Assembly (NCBI GenBank): GCA_965203905.1
Contig: CBDBDQ010000005.1
Coordinates: 3,360,001 to 3,424,000, forward strand
Reading direction: 5' to 3'
Length of the DNA: 64,000 nt
From: Spirochaetia bacterium
GTDB taxonomy: Bacteria > Spirochaetota > Spirochaetia > SZUA-6 > Bin103
The notes under the pieces were generated by a model, which ran no database searches, was not told where the DNA came from, and saw only the letters and a list, made by a program, of their open reading frames with translations. The position numbers were made by a program, and so were the translations under genes. How positions within the stretch are numbered: position 1 is the stretch's first letter; the number at the start of each line of letters is the position of its first letter. Below, one piece after another: positions 48,217-57,260 of this stretch.

Positions 48217-49176
48217 ATGAGGGCGTACATCATCAGGCGGGTGCTGCTCGTCATCCCCACGTTGTTCATCTTGAGCATCCTCGTCTTTCTGTCGGTGCGC
48301 TTCCTGCCGGGCGACGCGATAGACGCAATGCTGGACAAAGCCGGCTGGATCGGCGGGGTGGGGGTGGACCGGGCGGCTCTCGAGCGGATGCTCGGACTTG
48401 ACCTGCCCGTCTACGTGCAATATGGACGCTGGCTCGGCGATATCGTGCTGCGCGGCACGCTGGGCGAGTCGCTGTGGGGCGGCGAGGCCATAGGAAAGAA
48501 GATACTCGGTCGCCTACCGGTAACGCTCGAGCTCGGCGCGTTCGCCGTCGTGATCGGCCTGCTGATAGCCGTTCCCGTCGGCATCTATTCGGCGTTGCGC
48601 CAGGATACGGTCGGCGACTACGCCGGGCGGACGATCGCCGTCATCGGGCTGGCGACTCCCAACTTCTGGCTGGGAGTGATGGTGATGCTCTACCCGGTCA
48701 TCTGGTGGGGCTGGTCGCCACCGGTCGAGCTGATTCGCTTCCGCGAGGACCCGCTGGGAAACCTCGGTATGTTCCTGGTTCCGAGCCTGATTCTCGGCAC
48801 CGCGCTGGCGGCAAGCACCATGCGCATGACGCGCACCATGATGCTGGAGGTACTGCGTCAGGATTACATCCGCACCGCCTGGGCCAAGGGTCTGAGCGAG
48901 CGGCTGGTGGTCGTCCGACACGCTGTGAAGAACGCGCTCATTCCGGTGGTGACCCTCATCGGCCTGCAGCTGCCCATCCTGGTGGGTGGCTCGGTCATCA
49001 TGGAAAACATCTTCGTTCTGCCCGGGTTGGGGCAGGTGCTGCTGAAGGCACTTCAGGACCGGGACTACCCGATCGTCATGGGCGTAAACCTATTCTTTGG
49101 CACGGTGGTGATGGCGGTGAATCTGCTGATCGACCTGCTCTATCCCTATCTGGACCCGCGGATCCGCTACCGATAG
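48217..49176 (+). CDS. DppB-type ABC permease
   Basis: MRAYIIRR, LPGD, TPNFW, QDYIRTAWAKGL, LDPRIRY. Confidence 0.93.
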   Translation: MRAYIIRRVLLVIPTLFILSILVFLSVRFLPGDAIDAMLDKAGWIGGVGVDRAALERMLGLDLPVYVQYGRWLGDIVLRGTLGESLWGGEAIGKKILGRLPVTLELGAFAVVIGLLIAVPVGIYSALRQDTVGDYAGRTIAVIGLATPNFWLGVMVMLYPVIWWGWSPPVELIRFREDPLGNLGMFLVPSLILGTALAASTMRMTRTMMLEVLRQDYIRTAWAKGLSERLVVVRHAVKNALIPVVTLIGLQLPILVGGSVIMENIFVLPGLGQVLLKALQDRDYPIVMGVNLFFGTVVMAVNLLIDLLYPYLDPRIRYR

Positions 49177-49195
49177 GAACGAAGGAAGGAACGAG

Positions 49196-50089
49196 TTGAA
49201 GTTGCGGAAGGTGCCGGGAGCCGAGCAAGCGAGACGTCACTGGCTGGTCGATCTTTCGGTCAGACTCATCAAGACCAAGCCGCTCGGCACCGCATGCGGG
49301 ATCATCGTGCTGGCCCTGATCCTCGTGAGCATTTTCGCGGATGTTCTGGCTCCCTATCCGTACGACGAGATTCGACTGCAGGAGATACTGCAGCCACCAT
49401 CCGCACAGCACCTGCTGGGCACCGATCACGTGGGACGCGACTACCTGAGCCGCATCATCCAGGGGGCTCGGGTCTCGATGCTGGTCGGCCTGGCCGCCAC
49501 CACCATCAATGTGGTAGTCGCCATCCTGGTGGGTGGCACCACCGGCTTCCTGGGTGGCAAGTTGGATCTGGTGGTTCAGAGATTCGTGGATGCTTGGATC
49601 GCCTTTCCGGGACTGCTCCTGCTGCTCACCCTCATGTCGGTCGCGGGTCGCGGGGTGCTGCAGATGATACTGGTCCTCGGAATCTCGGGCGGCATCGGCA
49701 GCGGCTCACGGGTCGTCAGAAGTGCTGTTATCGGTATCAAAGAGAACGTCTATTTCGAGGCGGGGGAGGCGATCGGGGCCTCGAAGTGGCGTGCTCTCAC
49801 CCGCCACGTGCTACCCAACATCGCGCCGCCCATCATCATCATCTTCAGCATCAGCATCGGCAGCTACATCCTGAGCGCGGCATCGCTGAGCTTCCTCGGC
49901 TTTGGCCTGCCGCCGGACATCCCCGACTGGGGCGGGATGCTCAGCCGCGAGGGGCGTCAGTACATGGAGGCGGAGCCGCGGCTGGCGCTCTGGCCGGGCC
50001 TGTGCCTGACGCTGGTCGTATACAGCTTGAACATGTTCGGCGACGCCCTGCGCGACCTGCTCGACCCGCGGCTGCGCGGCGCGACCTAG
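49196..50089 (+). CDS. DppC-type ABC permease
   Basis: LGTDHVGRD, RHVLPN, SLSFLG, GDALRDLLDPRL. Confidence 0.93.
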   Translation: MKLRKVPGAEQARRHWLVDLSVRLIKTKPLGTACGIIVLALILVSIFADVLAPYPYDEIRLQEILQPPSAQHLLGTDHVGRDYLSRIIQGARVSMLVGLAATTINVVVAILVGGTTGFLGGKLDLVVQRFVDAWIAFPGLLLLLTLMSVAGRGVLQMILVLGISGGIGSGSRVVRSAVIGIKENVYFEAGEAIGASKWRALTRHVLPNIAPPIIIIFSISIGSYILSAASLSFLGFGLPPDIPDWGGMLSREGRQYMEAEPRLALWPGLCLTLVVYSLNMFGDALRDLLDPRLRGAT

Positions 50090-50152
50090 GGGGGCAAAGC
50101 CTGCAACGAATGGCTAGCCGCCGGGCGGACCAGCCCCGCCCACCGACAATCC

Positions 50153-50605
50153 GGTGCTGCCGATCTCGGCTCCAAGAGCGAGACCCTGTTCGGCGAATTT
50201 CTGTCGGGCGTGCCTCGAGGCGAGTTCGTCGTCTCGTCCAAGGTCGGCTGGGTCTCCAACCCCGAGGTCGGCGGACCGCCGCTGTTCGATTTCAGCAGAG
50301 ACAGGGTGCTGAGCTCGCTGGCCGAGAGTCTGGAGCGTTTGCGGCTCGACGCCATCGACATGGTGTTCCTGCATCTCCTCGGCGACACCCCCTACCACTA
50401 TCAGCAAGCTCTCCACGAGGCGTTGCCGGCGCTGGCCGAGCTCCGCTCGCAGGGCGTGGTGAGGGCCATCGGCGTGGGTACGACGATCGAGACGTGGGAG
50501 ATGCTGGCGCCGTTCGCGCAGGAGGGCGGCTCCGACTGTTTCCTGGTGGCCAGCCGCTACACACTCATGGACCACTCGGCGCTCGAGCAGTTCCTGCCGC
50601 TGGCA
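50153..50605 (+). pseudogene. Internal fragment of an aldo/keto reductase
   Basis: SETLFGE, VVSSKVG, FDFSRD, SLERL..D.ID...LH, AIGVG, RYTL; both ends missing. Confidence 0.8.
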
Positions 50606-50609
50606 TTCC

Positions 50610-51020
50610 CAGCGCTTGAAATAGTCCGAGTAGGTGGTGTGGAACAACACACGGCCTTTGAACGACTCATAGCGAATCTTCTTCCAGCGCTTGCGCGGAG
50701 ATCGCGGGGCGCGAGATGTATTCCGCCAGAGATCGCTGCACACCTCGATCGAGGATGCGAACTGAATTGTCAACGCTGAAGCCGGAGTGCCGCCAGGAGA
50801 GCATGTTACGCGCGAAGCGGCGGTCGAGTAGCTTCTGATCCACCAGCAACGCGACCACACGGCGACGCAGCAGCTCGGTCATGGCCTGCAGGTGGCCAAG
50901 CGGTATGTAGAACGAAGGCACTCTGATCGTCGAAACCGCCCTCCAAGACGAAGCACGGGATGGCGGCGACCGCGTCGTTGTAGAGGCGCACCAGCGCGCC
51001 CAGGTCTCCGTGCGCATGGT
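50610..51020 (-). mobile_element. Frameshifted IS91-family (Y2) transposase fragment
   Basis: VLEGGFD, ARNMLSWRHSGFSVDNSVRI, LAEYISR and KKIRYESFKGRVLFHT spread over three frames. Confidence 0.75.
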
Positions 51021-51052
51021 CCTGACTTCCATGGCCGTCGGCCCGCGGCGGC

Positions 51053-52411
51053 CTACGGCGACACCAGAACGGGAACCCGGTGGATGACGTTGCCGAGGTA
51101 GCCCTTCGGGTTCCACGGCTGGCGGAACGGCTGCGCGTTGCCGGCGTCGTCGAACGCCCGCGCCCAGATCTCGTAGTAGCCGCGCTGGCGGAACACCAGC
51201 TCGGTGCTCCAGTGGTACCAGGCGTAACGGTTTGCCGGACCGGTCAGGGAGGCCTCGCGCCAGGAAATGCCGAAGTCGGTGGAGACCGCTACCCGGTTCA
51301 CCCGGTTCTCGCCGGCCCAGGCGTGTCCCCCGACCGGGATCGAACCGCCGATGGTGATCTCATGGTCCGCGCGCGGTCGCGTGATCAGCGACTTGACGAC
51401 CCAGGCGGTGGCGATGCGCATGTCCTCCGGCGGCGGCACAACACCGGGGGCCGCCGGGTATGCAGGAACGCGGTAAGAATAACCGCTCATCTTGGCCGAG
51501 TCGTGCACCCGGTCACGCAGCCGGATGCGGGTGAGCCACTTCTGCATCGAGCTGCCGATCCAGCCGGGAACCAGCAGCCGAGCAGGGAATCCGTGCGCCG
51601 CCGGCAGCGGATCGCCGTTCAGCGCCAGCGCGATCAGGGTGTGCTCGTCCAGCGCCTTGGCGAGCGGAATGCCGCGCGAGAACCGCTCGCCGCCGTCCGG
51701 CGCGGCGTCCTCGCCGTAGCAGGCTGCGTAGACGGCGCCGTCCTTGACCCCGGCCGACTCCAGCACGTCGCGCAACCGCACGCCGGTCCACTCGCTGCAG
51801 GCGACCGCTCCGCGAATCCACTGCGTGCCTCCGACCGGGGGATGGAACAGGCTCCTGCCGTTTCCGGCGCACTCCAGGACCACCTGCGCGGTGACCTGCG
51901 GGTAGCAGAGCAGATCCTCCAGGGTCAGGGCCAGCTCGTGGCGCACCTCGCCGTCGACGCGCAGCGCCCAGCCGCGCAGGTCCTTGGCCCGCGCGCGCTC
52001 GGGTATGGCGCCGTTGTTGCGCACGAAGTGGCGCGCCGTGGGCGTGACCGCGTCGTCGAGCAGGTGCACCGGCAGCTCGCCATTGAACGGATCCTCCGAG
52101 TGCACGATCATGTGCGGCTTGGGGAGCCCCGGGTCCGGGACCTGCTCCCAGGCGCTGGGGATCAGGCCGCGCCCGAACAGGCCGCGCGCGGCTGCCCGCG
52201 GACCGGCGCCGAACAGCACCAGCGCCAACGCCGCGGCCCTGCCGGCGGCCGTGAGAAAGTCGCGTCGCGTGACCCGATCGAACCGCGCCAACTCCTCGGG
52301 GCCGGCGCGGCTGTCGGCCAGGATCTGTCGATACTCTGCCCAGCGTCGGTGGGCCGCTGCCGGTGCCGCTGACCGTGGGGTCACGGTGCCGTTGTCAAGC
52401 TTCGCGTTCAC
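51053..52411 (-). CDS. Tat-exported sulfite-oxidase-family molybdoenzyme (start uncertain)
   Basis: TRRDFL twin-arginine; HFVRNNG, ECAGNGR, WTGV, HGFPARL..PGWIG, WNPKGY. Confidence 0.9.
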   Translation of the reverse strand: MNAKLDNGTVTPRSAAPAAAHRRWAEYRQILADSRAGPEELARFDRVTRRDFLTAAGRAAALALVLFGAGPRAAARGLFGRGLIPSAWEQVPDPGLPKPHMIVHSEDPFNGELPVHLLDDAVTPTARHFVRNNGAIPERARAKDLRGWALRVDGEVRHELALTLEDLLCYPQVTAQVVLECAGNGRSLFHPPVGGTQWIRGAVACSEWTGVRLRDVLESAGVKDGAVYAACYGEDAAPDGGERFSRGIPLAKALDEHTLIALALNGDPLPAAHGFPARLLVPGWIGSSMQKWLTRIRLRDRVHDSAKMSGYSYRVPAYPAAPGVVPPPEDMRIATAWVVKSLITRPRADHEITIGGSIPVGGHAWAGENRVNRVAVSTDFGISWREASLTGPANRYAWYHWSTELVFRQRGYYEIWARAFDDAGNAQPFRQPWNPKGYLGNVIHRVPVLVSP

Positions 52412-52460
52412 GGCTGGTGTAGACTCTGACTCCACGATTCTACGACGAGGAGGGCGCCCG

Positions 52461-53309
52461 ATGCGACCGCCGATCGCCAGCATGCAGAACGCCGGGGTGA
52501 AGCGGGCGGTGCGGTTGCGTCGGCGGCGGGCGCGTGACCGCGAGCGGGCGTTCCTGATCGAAGGCTACCGGGAGCTGCTGCGTGCGGTGGAGGTGGGGCT
52601 GCCGCTGGAAGCGGTCTACCACTGTCCCGAGTTCTATCTCGGGAGCAACGAGCCGGCGCTGCTGGAGCGCGCCGGACAGGCCGACGGCGCGCTGCTGATC
52701 GAGACCAGCGCTGCCGTATTTGCCAAGCTCTCCTACCGCGACCGCCCCGACGGTCTGCTGGCCGTGGCGCCGATGCCGGCCTGGACCCTCGAGCGCCTGC
52801 CGGCGCCGGGGCCGGAGTCCCTTTACGTGGTCGCCACCGCCATCGAGAAGCCGGGCAACCTGGGTACCCTGCTGCGCAGCGCCGACGCCGTGGGCGCCGC
52901 GGGCGTGATCGCCTGCGACCCGGTCACCGACCTGTTCAATCCGAACGTGGTGCGGGCCAGCGTCGGCACCCTGTTCACGGTGCCGGCGGCGCAGGCCGAT
53001 GCCGCGGCCACGCGCCGCTGGCTGGATGCTCACGGCGTGCGCACCTTGGCCACCTCGCCCGCGGCCGAGCGCTGCTACACCGACCACGACCTCACCGGGG
53101 CGCTCGCAATCGTCCTCGGCAGCGAGCAGTTCGGCCTGGACGCCGCGTGGTTCGACGGCAGGCACGGCGCCGTGTCGATCCCCATGCAGGGCCACGCCGA
53201 CTCGATCAACGTCGCCATGGCCGGCACGGCGCTGCTGTTCGAGGCGCTGCGCCAGCGGTCTCAGGCGAAGCAATCATCCCTGCCAAGGCGGGGCGGCCGG
53301 TCCCCGTGA
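52461..53309 (+). CDS. TrmH/SpoU RNA methyltransferase
   Basis: FLIEG, EKPGNLGTLLRSA, GSEQFG, IPMQGHADSINV. Confidence 0.92.
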   Translation: MRPPIASMQNAGVKRAVRLRRRRARDRERAFLIEGYRELLRAVEVGLPLEAVYHCPEFYLGSNEPALLERAGQADGALLIETSAAVFAKLSYRDRPDGLLAVAPMPAWTLERLPAPGPESLYVVATAIEKPGNLGTLLRSADAVGAAGVIACDPVTDLFNPNVVRASVGTLFTVPAAQADAAATRRWLDAHGVRTLATSPAAERCYTDHDLTGALAIVLGSEQFGLDAAWFDGRHGAVSIPMQGHADSINVAMAGTALLFEALRQRSQAKQSSLPRRGGRSP

Positions 53310-53358
53310 CAAAGCAGCGCTGTCGCCACCCCGTAATGGAGTATAGTTGGAGGTGGCG

Positions 53359-53793
53359 ATGGGAGAGGCAATGGCGCTGCGGGACGAGGACATCGGGCGC
53401 ATCGGGGATTACGTCAAGCCGTGGCTGCGGAGCGTGGTCGAGGACATGATTCCCCGGCACGAGCCGGCCGGAGTCGGTGCCCAGCTCCTGGAGCGGATGG
53501 TCCGCGTGGAGGAGGAGCTCAAGTCACAGCGCCAGTTGATGGACGAGCGCTTCGGATTCATGGAGCACCGGTTCGCGGCGATGGACAATCGCTTCGAGGA
53601 GTTGCTCGACCACACCAACAGCCGCTTCGAGGCGGTCGAGAAGCGCTTCGAGGAGAGTCTCGAGCACACCAACACGCGCTTTGCGGACCTCACCGCCCAG
53701 ATGAACGCCCGTTTCACTTCGTTGAGCTGGATGATCGGAGTCGGGTTCGTGGTGATCACCTCCCTCACGACGCTGTACGCCCTGCTCGCCTGA
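53359..53793 (+). CDS. Tail-anchored coiled-coil protein (DUF1640/CCDC90-like)
   Basis: LLERMVRVEEEL head, repeated xxxRF heptad/hendecad units, C-terminal TM WMIGVGFVVITSL. Confidence 0.75.
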   Translation: MGEAMALRDEDIGRIGDYVKPWLRSVVEDMIPRHEPAGVGAQLLERMVRVEEELKSQRQLMDERFGFMEHRFAAMDNRFEELLDHTNSRFEAVEKRFEESLEHTNTRFADLTAQMNARFTSLSWMIGVGFVVITSLTTLYALLA

Positions 53794-53821
53794 CGGCCGA
53801 CTCGGTCCACGCGCTCCGTCG

Positions 53822-55336
53822 CTACCAGTCGAAGAACGAGCCTGACGGCCAGCGGTCGTGGTAGCCGGTTGTGAAATAGCCCTCGAACGGCCGTTGCGCG
53901 CCCTTGCGCCATGGCCGGCGCTCCCAGCCCGCACCGTCGAGCAGGTCGCCGGTCTCCTCCAGGTGTGCCAGCAGCAGGTCGTGGAGCTCGTTGCGCAGAC
54001 CGGCGTGCTCGGTCGCGTGAATCAGGTTCAACGTCTCCCCCGGATCGGCGCGCAGGTCGTACAGCTCGTCACGGTCGAGCAGGTTGATCGAGAGCTTCCA
54101 GTCCGCGGTGCGAATGCAGCGGATGGGGTAGAAGCCGCCGGCGCGGGGCTGGCCGATCCCGAAGCGGTGGTACTCGCTGAAGGCGGCGCGGCGGTGCTCG
54201 GAGGCGGAGCGCTCACCGCGCAGCAGCGGCAGCAGCGATTCGCCCGTGTAGCCGGCGCTGCGCGGGAACCGCCCATCGCCGGCGCCGGGAACCCTTGCGG
54301 CCTCCACCACGGTGGCCCACACATCGAGGCTGCTGGTCAGGCACTCCCGGCGCACCCCCGCGGGGAGGCCCGGACCGGCCACCAGCAGCGGCACCGCCAC
54401 GGTGTGGTCGTACATCGTCGGCCCCTTGGCGCACAGCCCGAAGGCTCCCAGGTGATCGCCGTGATCGGAGGTGTAGATCACCAGGGCATCCGGACAGTAG
54501 CGGTCGACGGCTTCGAGCAGGCGCCCGATCTCCCAGTCCGCGTAGCTGTTGCAGTCGTAATACTTGTGGTAGTAGCGGGGGTACTCCTCGGGAGTGGAGC
54601 GTGCGGCCGCCAGCCACGCGGAGTAGTCGCGCTGCAGGCGCGGCTTGTCGGCGGGAGCCGCCGGAAACGAGGGTGGTCGTGGCAGTCGTTCGTGCTCGTA
54701 GCGCCCCTGGAACGGCGGCGGACAGAGGTAGGGCCCGTGCGGCTCGTCCAGCTCCACGGCCAGGAACAGGGGCGCCTCGCGGTCACGGCTTCGCAGCAGA
54801 TCGATGGCGCGGTCCACGACGCGGTGCGCGTAGCAGTAGTCGACATCCTCCATGCCGCGCAACCAGCCGCCGAAGCGGTTGGCGCCGCTGCGTCCCACCT
54901 CGCCCTTGAAGGTGGTCATGTCGTACCAGGTGGCGGCGGAGAAGCCGCCGGCGGCGCGGCCGGCACCGGCGTAACCGCCGTCCAGATGCCACTTGCCGAG
55001 GTGGTGGGCCGCGTAGCCGGCCTCGGCCAGCAGCTCGCCCAGCAGCGGCACTCCCCGCGACGGGGCGAGGTTGTTGCACAGCGCGCCGTTGCGATTCGGC
55101 GGCAGCCCGGTGTACCAGGAGGAGCGTGCCGGCGTGCACAGCGGCGAGGCGGTGATGCAGGTGCCGAACAGGGTGCCGCGCGCGGCCAGCCGGTCGATGT
55201 TGGGAGTCTTCGGGAGCTGCGGCTCGACCCCCTCTGCCGCATCCGCCCGGTGCCAGTGTGCGGGACCGTACGCCGACACCATGTCGCGCCCCTGGGTGTC
55301 GGTGGTGACAAGGATGATCAATGGTCGGTCGGCCAT
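53822..55336 (-). CDS. Cys-type sulfatase (YidJ-like)
   Basis: TDTQG, PLCTPARS, GKWHLDG, EPHGP, TSDHGD. Confidence 0.92.
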   Translation of the reverse strand: MADRPLIILVTTDTQGRDMVSAYGPAHWHRADAAEGVEPQLPKTPNIDRLAARGTLFGTCITASPLCTPARSSWYTGLPPNRNGALCNNLAPSRGVPLLGELLAEAGYAAHHLGKWHLDGGYAGAGRAAGGFSAATWYDMTTFKGEVGRSGANRFGGWLRGMEDVDYCYAHRVVDRAIDLLRSRDREAPLFLAVELDEPHGPYLCPPPFQGRYEHERLPRPPSFPAAPADKPRLQRDYSAWLAAARSTPEEYPRYYHKYYDCNSYADWEIGRLLEAVDRYCPDALVIYTSDHGDHLGAFGLCAKGPTMYDHTVAVPLLVAGPGLPAGVRRECLTSSLDVWATVVEAARVPGAGDGRFPRSAGYTGESLLPLLRGERSASEHRRAAFSEYHRFGIGQPRAGGFYPIRCIRTADWKLSINLLDRDELYDLRADPGETLNLIHATEHAGLRNELHDLLLAHLEETGDLLDGAGWERRPWRKGAQRPFEGYFTTGYHDRWPSGSFFDW

Positions 55337-55490
55337 GGCACAGATTACGCCGCCATCCGCTGGTACGCCATGGGGCCACTGGGTCTGTGGCCACGGCAGG
55401 TGGCCCTGGAGCTGTTAGACTGGTGCACGTCACGCTATGCTGTCGATCGATGTGGGGAAAGCGGCACCATGGGGCCGGTGAGTTGCCGCA

Positions 55491-55799
55491 ATGAAGACCC
55501 TCGAACTGGTTCGTTCTCAGTTGAGTGCAGGGGACTATGATCTCTCTCGTCATGCACTCAGACGGGTTGTGGAACGAGATATCAGCGAACAGGAAATCAG
55601 AGAGGCCGGACAGCGGGCTGCAATCATCGAGGACTACCCGGACGACAAGTACTCCCCCAGCTCATTGCTGCTCGGTTACACCTCGAGGGGACGAGTTCTC
55701 CACATCCAGGTGTCCCGTGCGGACACCGAACTCGCCAGAATCATCACGTTGTACGAGCCGAATCCCGATGAGTGGGTCGACTATTCCAGGAGGCGTTGA
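55491..55799 (+). CDS. DUF4258 protein (predicted toxin-like)
   Basis: SRHALRR, IIEDYPDDKYSPSSLLLG, IITLYEP. Confidence 0.85.
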   Translation: MKTLELVRSQLSAGDYDLSRHALRRVVERDISEQEIREAGQRAAIIEDYPDDKYSPSSLLLGYTSRGRVLHIQVSRADTELARIITLYEPNPDEWVDYSRRR

Positions 55800-56036
55800 A
55801 TGAAGTTTACCTGTAGCGTCTGTCAAGCGACCGACAGCCGCGAAGAACTGGTTGAGGAGGTCTTTCAAGTAGACGGGAGGTACGTACTGGTCGGTAGTAT
55901 TCCAGCCGTCGTGTGCGGCCGTTGCGGCGAGCAATCATTTAGTCGAGAAACCACGGAGAGGATTCGCCAAATGGTCCACGGTAAGGCGACGGCCAGGACG
56001 TCTGTCGCCATGGACGTCCTTGACTTTGTCTCTTGA
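55800..56036 (+). CDS. YgiT/MqsA-type zinc finger protein
   Basis: CSVC...IPAVVCGRCGE. Confidence 0.85.
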   Translation: MKFTCSVCQATDSREELVEEVFQVDGRYVLVGSIPAVVCGRCGEQSFSRETTERIRQMVHGKATARTSVAMDVLDFVS

Positions 56037-56072
56037 GGCGGACCGACGAGACGCTACGGTCACTCTAACGCT

Positions 56073-57260
56073 TCAGGCCCGCTCCAGGAGGAGGGCGATG
56101 CCCATGCCGCCGCCGATGCAGAGGGCGGCGATGCCGCGCCGCGCGGCGCGCCGCTGCATCTCGTGCAGCAGGGTAACGGCGATGCGGGTGCCGCTGGCAC
56201 CCAGCGGATGGCCCATGGCGATCGCCCCGCCGTTGACGTTGACCCGCGACTCGTCCCAGTCCAGCTCGCGCCCCACCGCCAGCACCTGGCCGGCGAACGC
56301 CTCGTTCACCTCCAGCAGGTCGACGTCGGCCAGGGTGAGGCCGGTGGCGGCCAGCAGCTTGCGGATGGCGAACGCCGGCCCGATGCCCATCACCGCCGGG
56401 TCGACTCCCGCCGTGGCACAGCCGCTCACCCAGGCTAGCGGCTCCAGCCCGCTCGCGGCCGCCCGCCGCTCGCTCATCACCACCACCGCCGCGCCACCGT
56501 CGCTCAGCTTCGAGGCGTTGCCCGCGGTAACCGTACCGTCCCGCTCGAACGCCGGCCGCAGATTTGCCAGCGCTTCCAGGCTGGTGTCGGCCCGCGGCGC
56601 CTCATCGCTGCGGAACTCGACGGCCGGGCCCTTGCGGGCGGCCACCGGCACCGCCACGATCTCGCGGCCGAAGCGATCCTCCTGCAGTGCCGCCAGGTAG
56701 CGCTGTTGACTCTGCAGCGCGTAACGGTCCTGCTCGGCGCGCTCCACCTGGTAGCGCGTGGCCAGGGTCTCGGCGGTGTTGCCCATGTGACAGTCGACGA
56801 AGCAGTCCCAGAGTCCGTCGCGCAGCATCACGTCCACCAGCTCGACGTGGCCCATGCGCGCACCCCAGCGGGCCTCGGGGAGCAGGTAAGGCGCTCTGCT
56901 CATCGACTCCATGCCGCCGGCGACGATGCAGTCGGCGTCGCCCAGTGCGATGGCCTGGGCCGCCAGGCTGATCGCCTTGAGCCCGGAACCGCACACCTTG
57001 TTGATGGTCATGGAGGGCACGGAGTAGGGGATCTCGGCCTTGACCGAAGCGACACGGGCGGGGTTGGGCCCGTTGCCCGCCTGGTAGACGTTGCCCATGA
57101 TCACCTCGTCCACCTGGTCCCCGCCGACGCCGGCGCGCCGCAGTGCCTCGCGGATCGCGACCGAGCCCAGGAAGGGAGCGGAGCACTCCTTGAGGGCCCC
57201 GCCGAAGGCGCCGATGGCGGTGCGCGTGGCGCTCACCAGTGCAGCGCGGTTGCGGCTCAT
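56073..57260 (-). CDS. Acetyl-CoA C-acetyltransferase (thiolase)
   Basis: NKVCGSG, VTAGNAS, NEAF, GHPLGASG, LCIGGGMG; ATGA overlap with the upstream stop. Confidence 0.95.
   Translation of the reverse strand: MSRNRAALVSATRTAIGAFGGALKECSAPFLGSVAIREALRRAGVGGDQVDEVIMGNVYQAGNGPNPARVASVKAEIPYSVPSMTINKVCGSGLKAISLAAQAIALGDADCIVAGGMESMSRAPYLLPEARWGARMGHVELVDVMLRDGLWDCFVDCHMGNTAETLATRYQVERAEQDRYALQSQQRYLAALQEDRFGREIVAVPVAARKGPAVEFRSDEAPRADTSLEALANLRPAFERDGTVTAGNASKLSDGGAAVVVMSERRAAASGLEPLAWVSGCATAGVDPAVMGIGPAFAIRKLLAATGLTLADVDLLEVNEAFAGQVLAVGRELDWDESRVNVNGGAIAMGHPLGASGTRIAVTLLHEMQRRAARRGIAALCIGGGMGIALLLERA

Noticed and set aside
55414-56069. GTTAGAC...CTCTAAC around the DUF4258 pair as integron cassette core sites
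   Set aside because: The inverse core is imperfect, there is no room for an attC stem before the thiolase stop, and no integrase is present.
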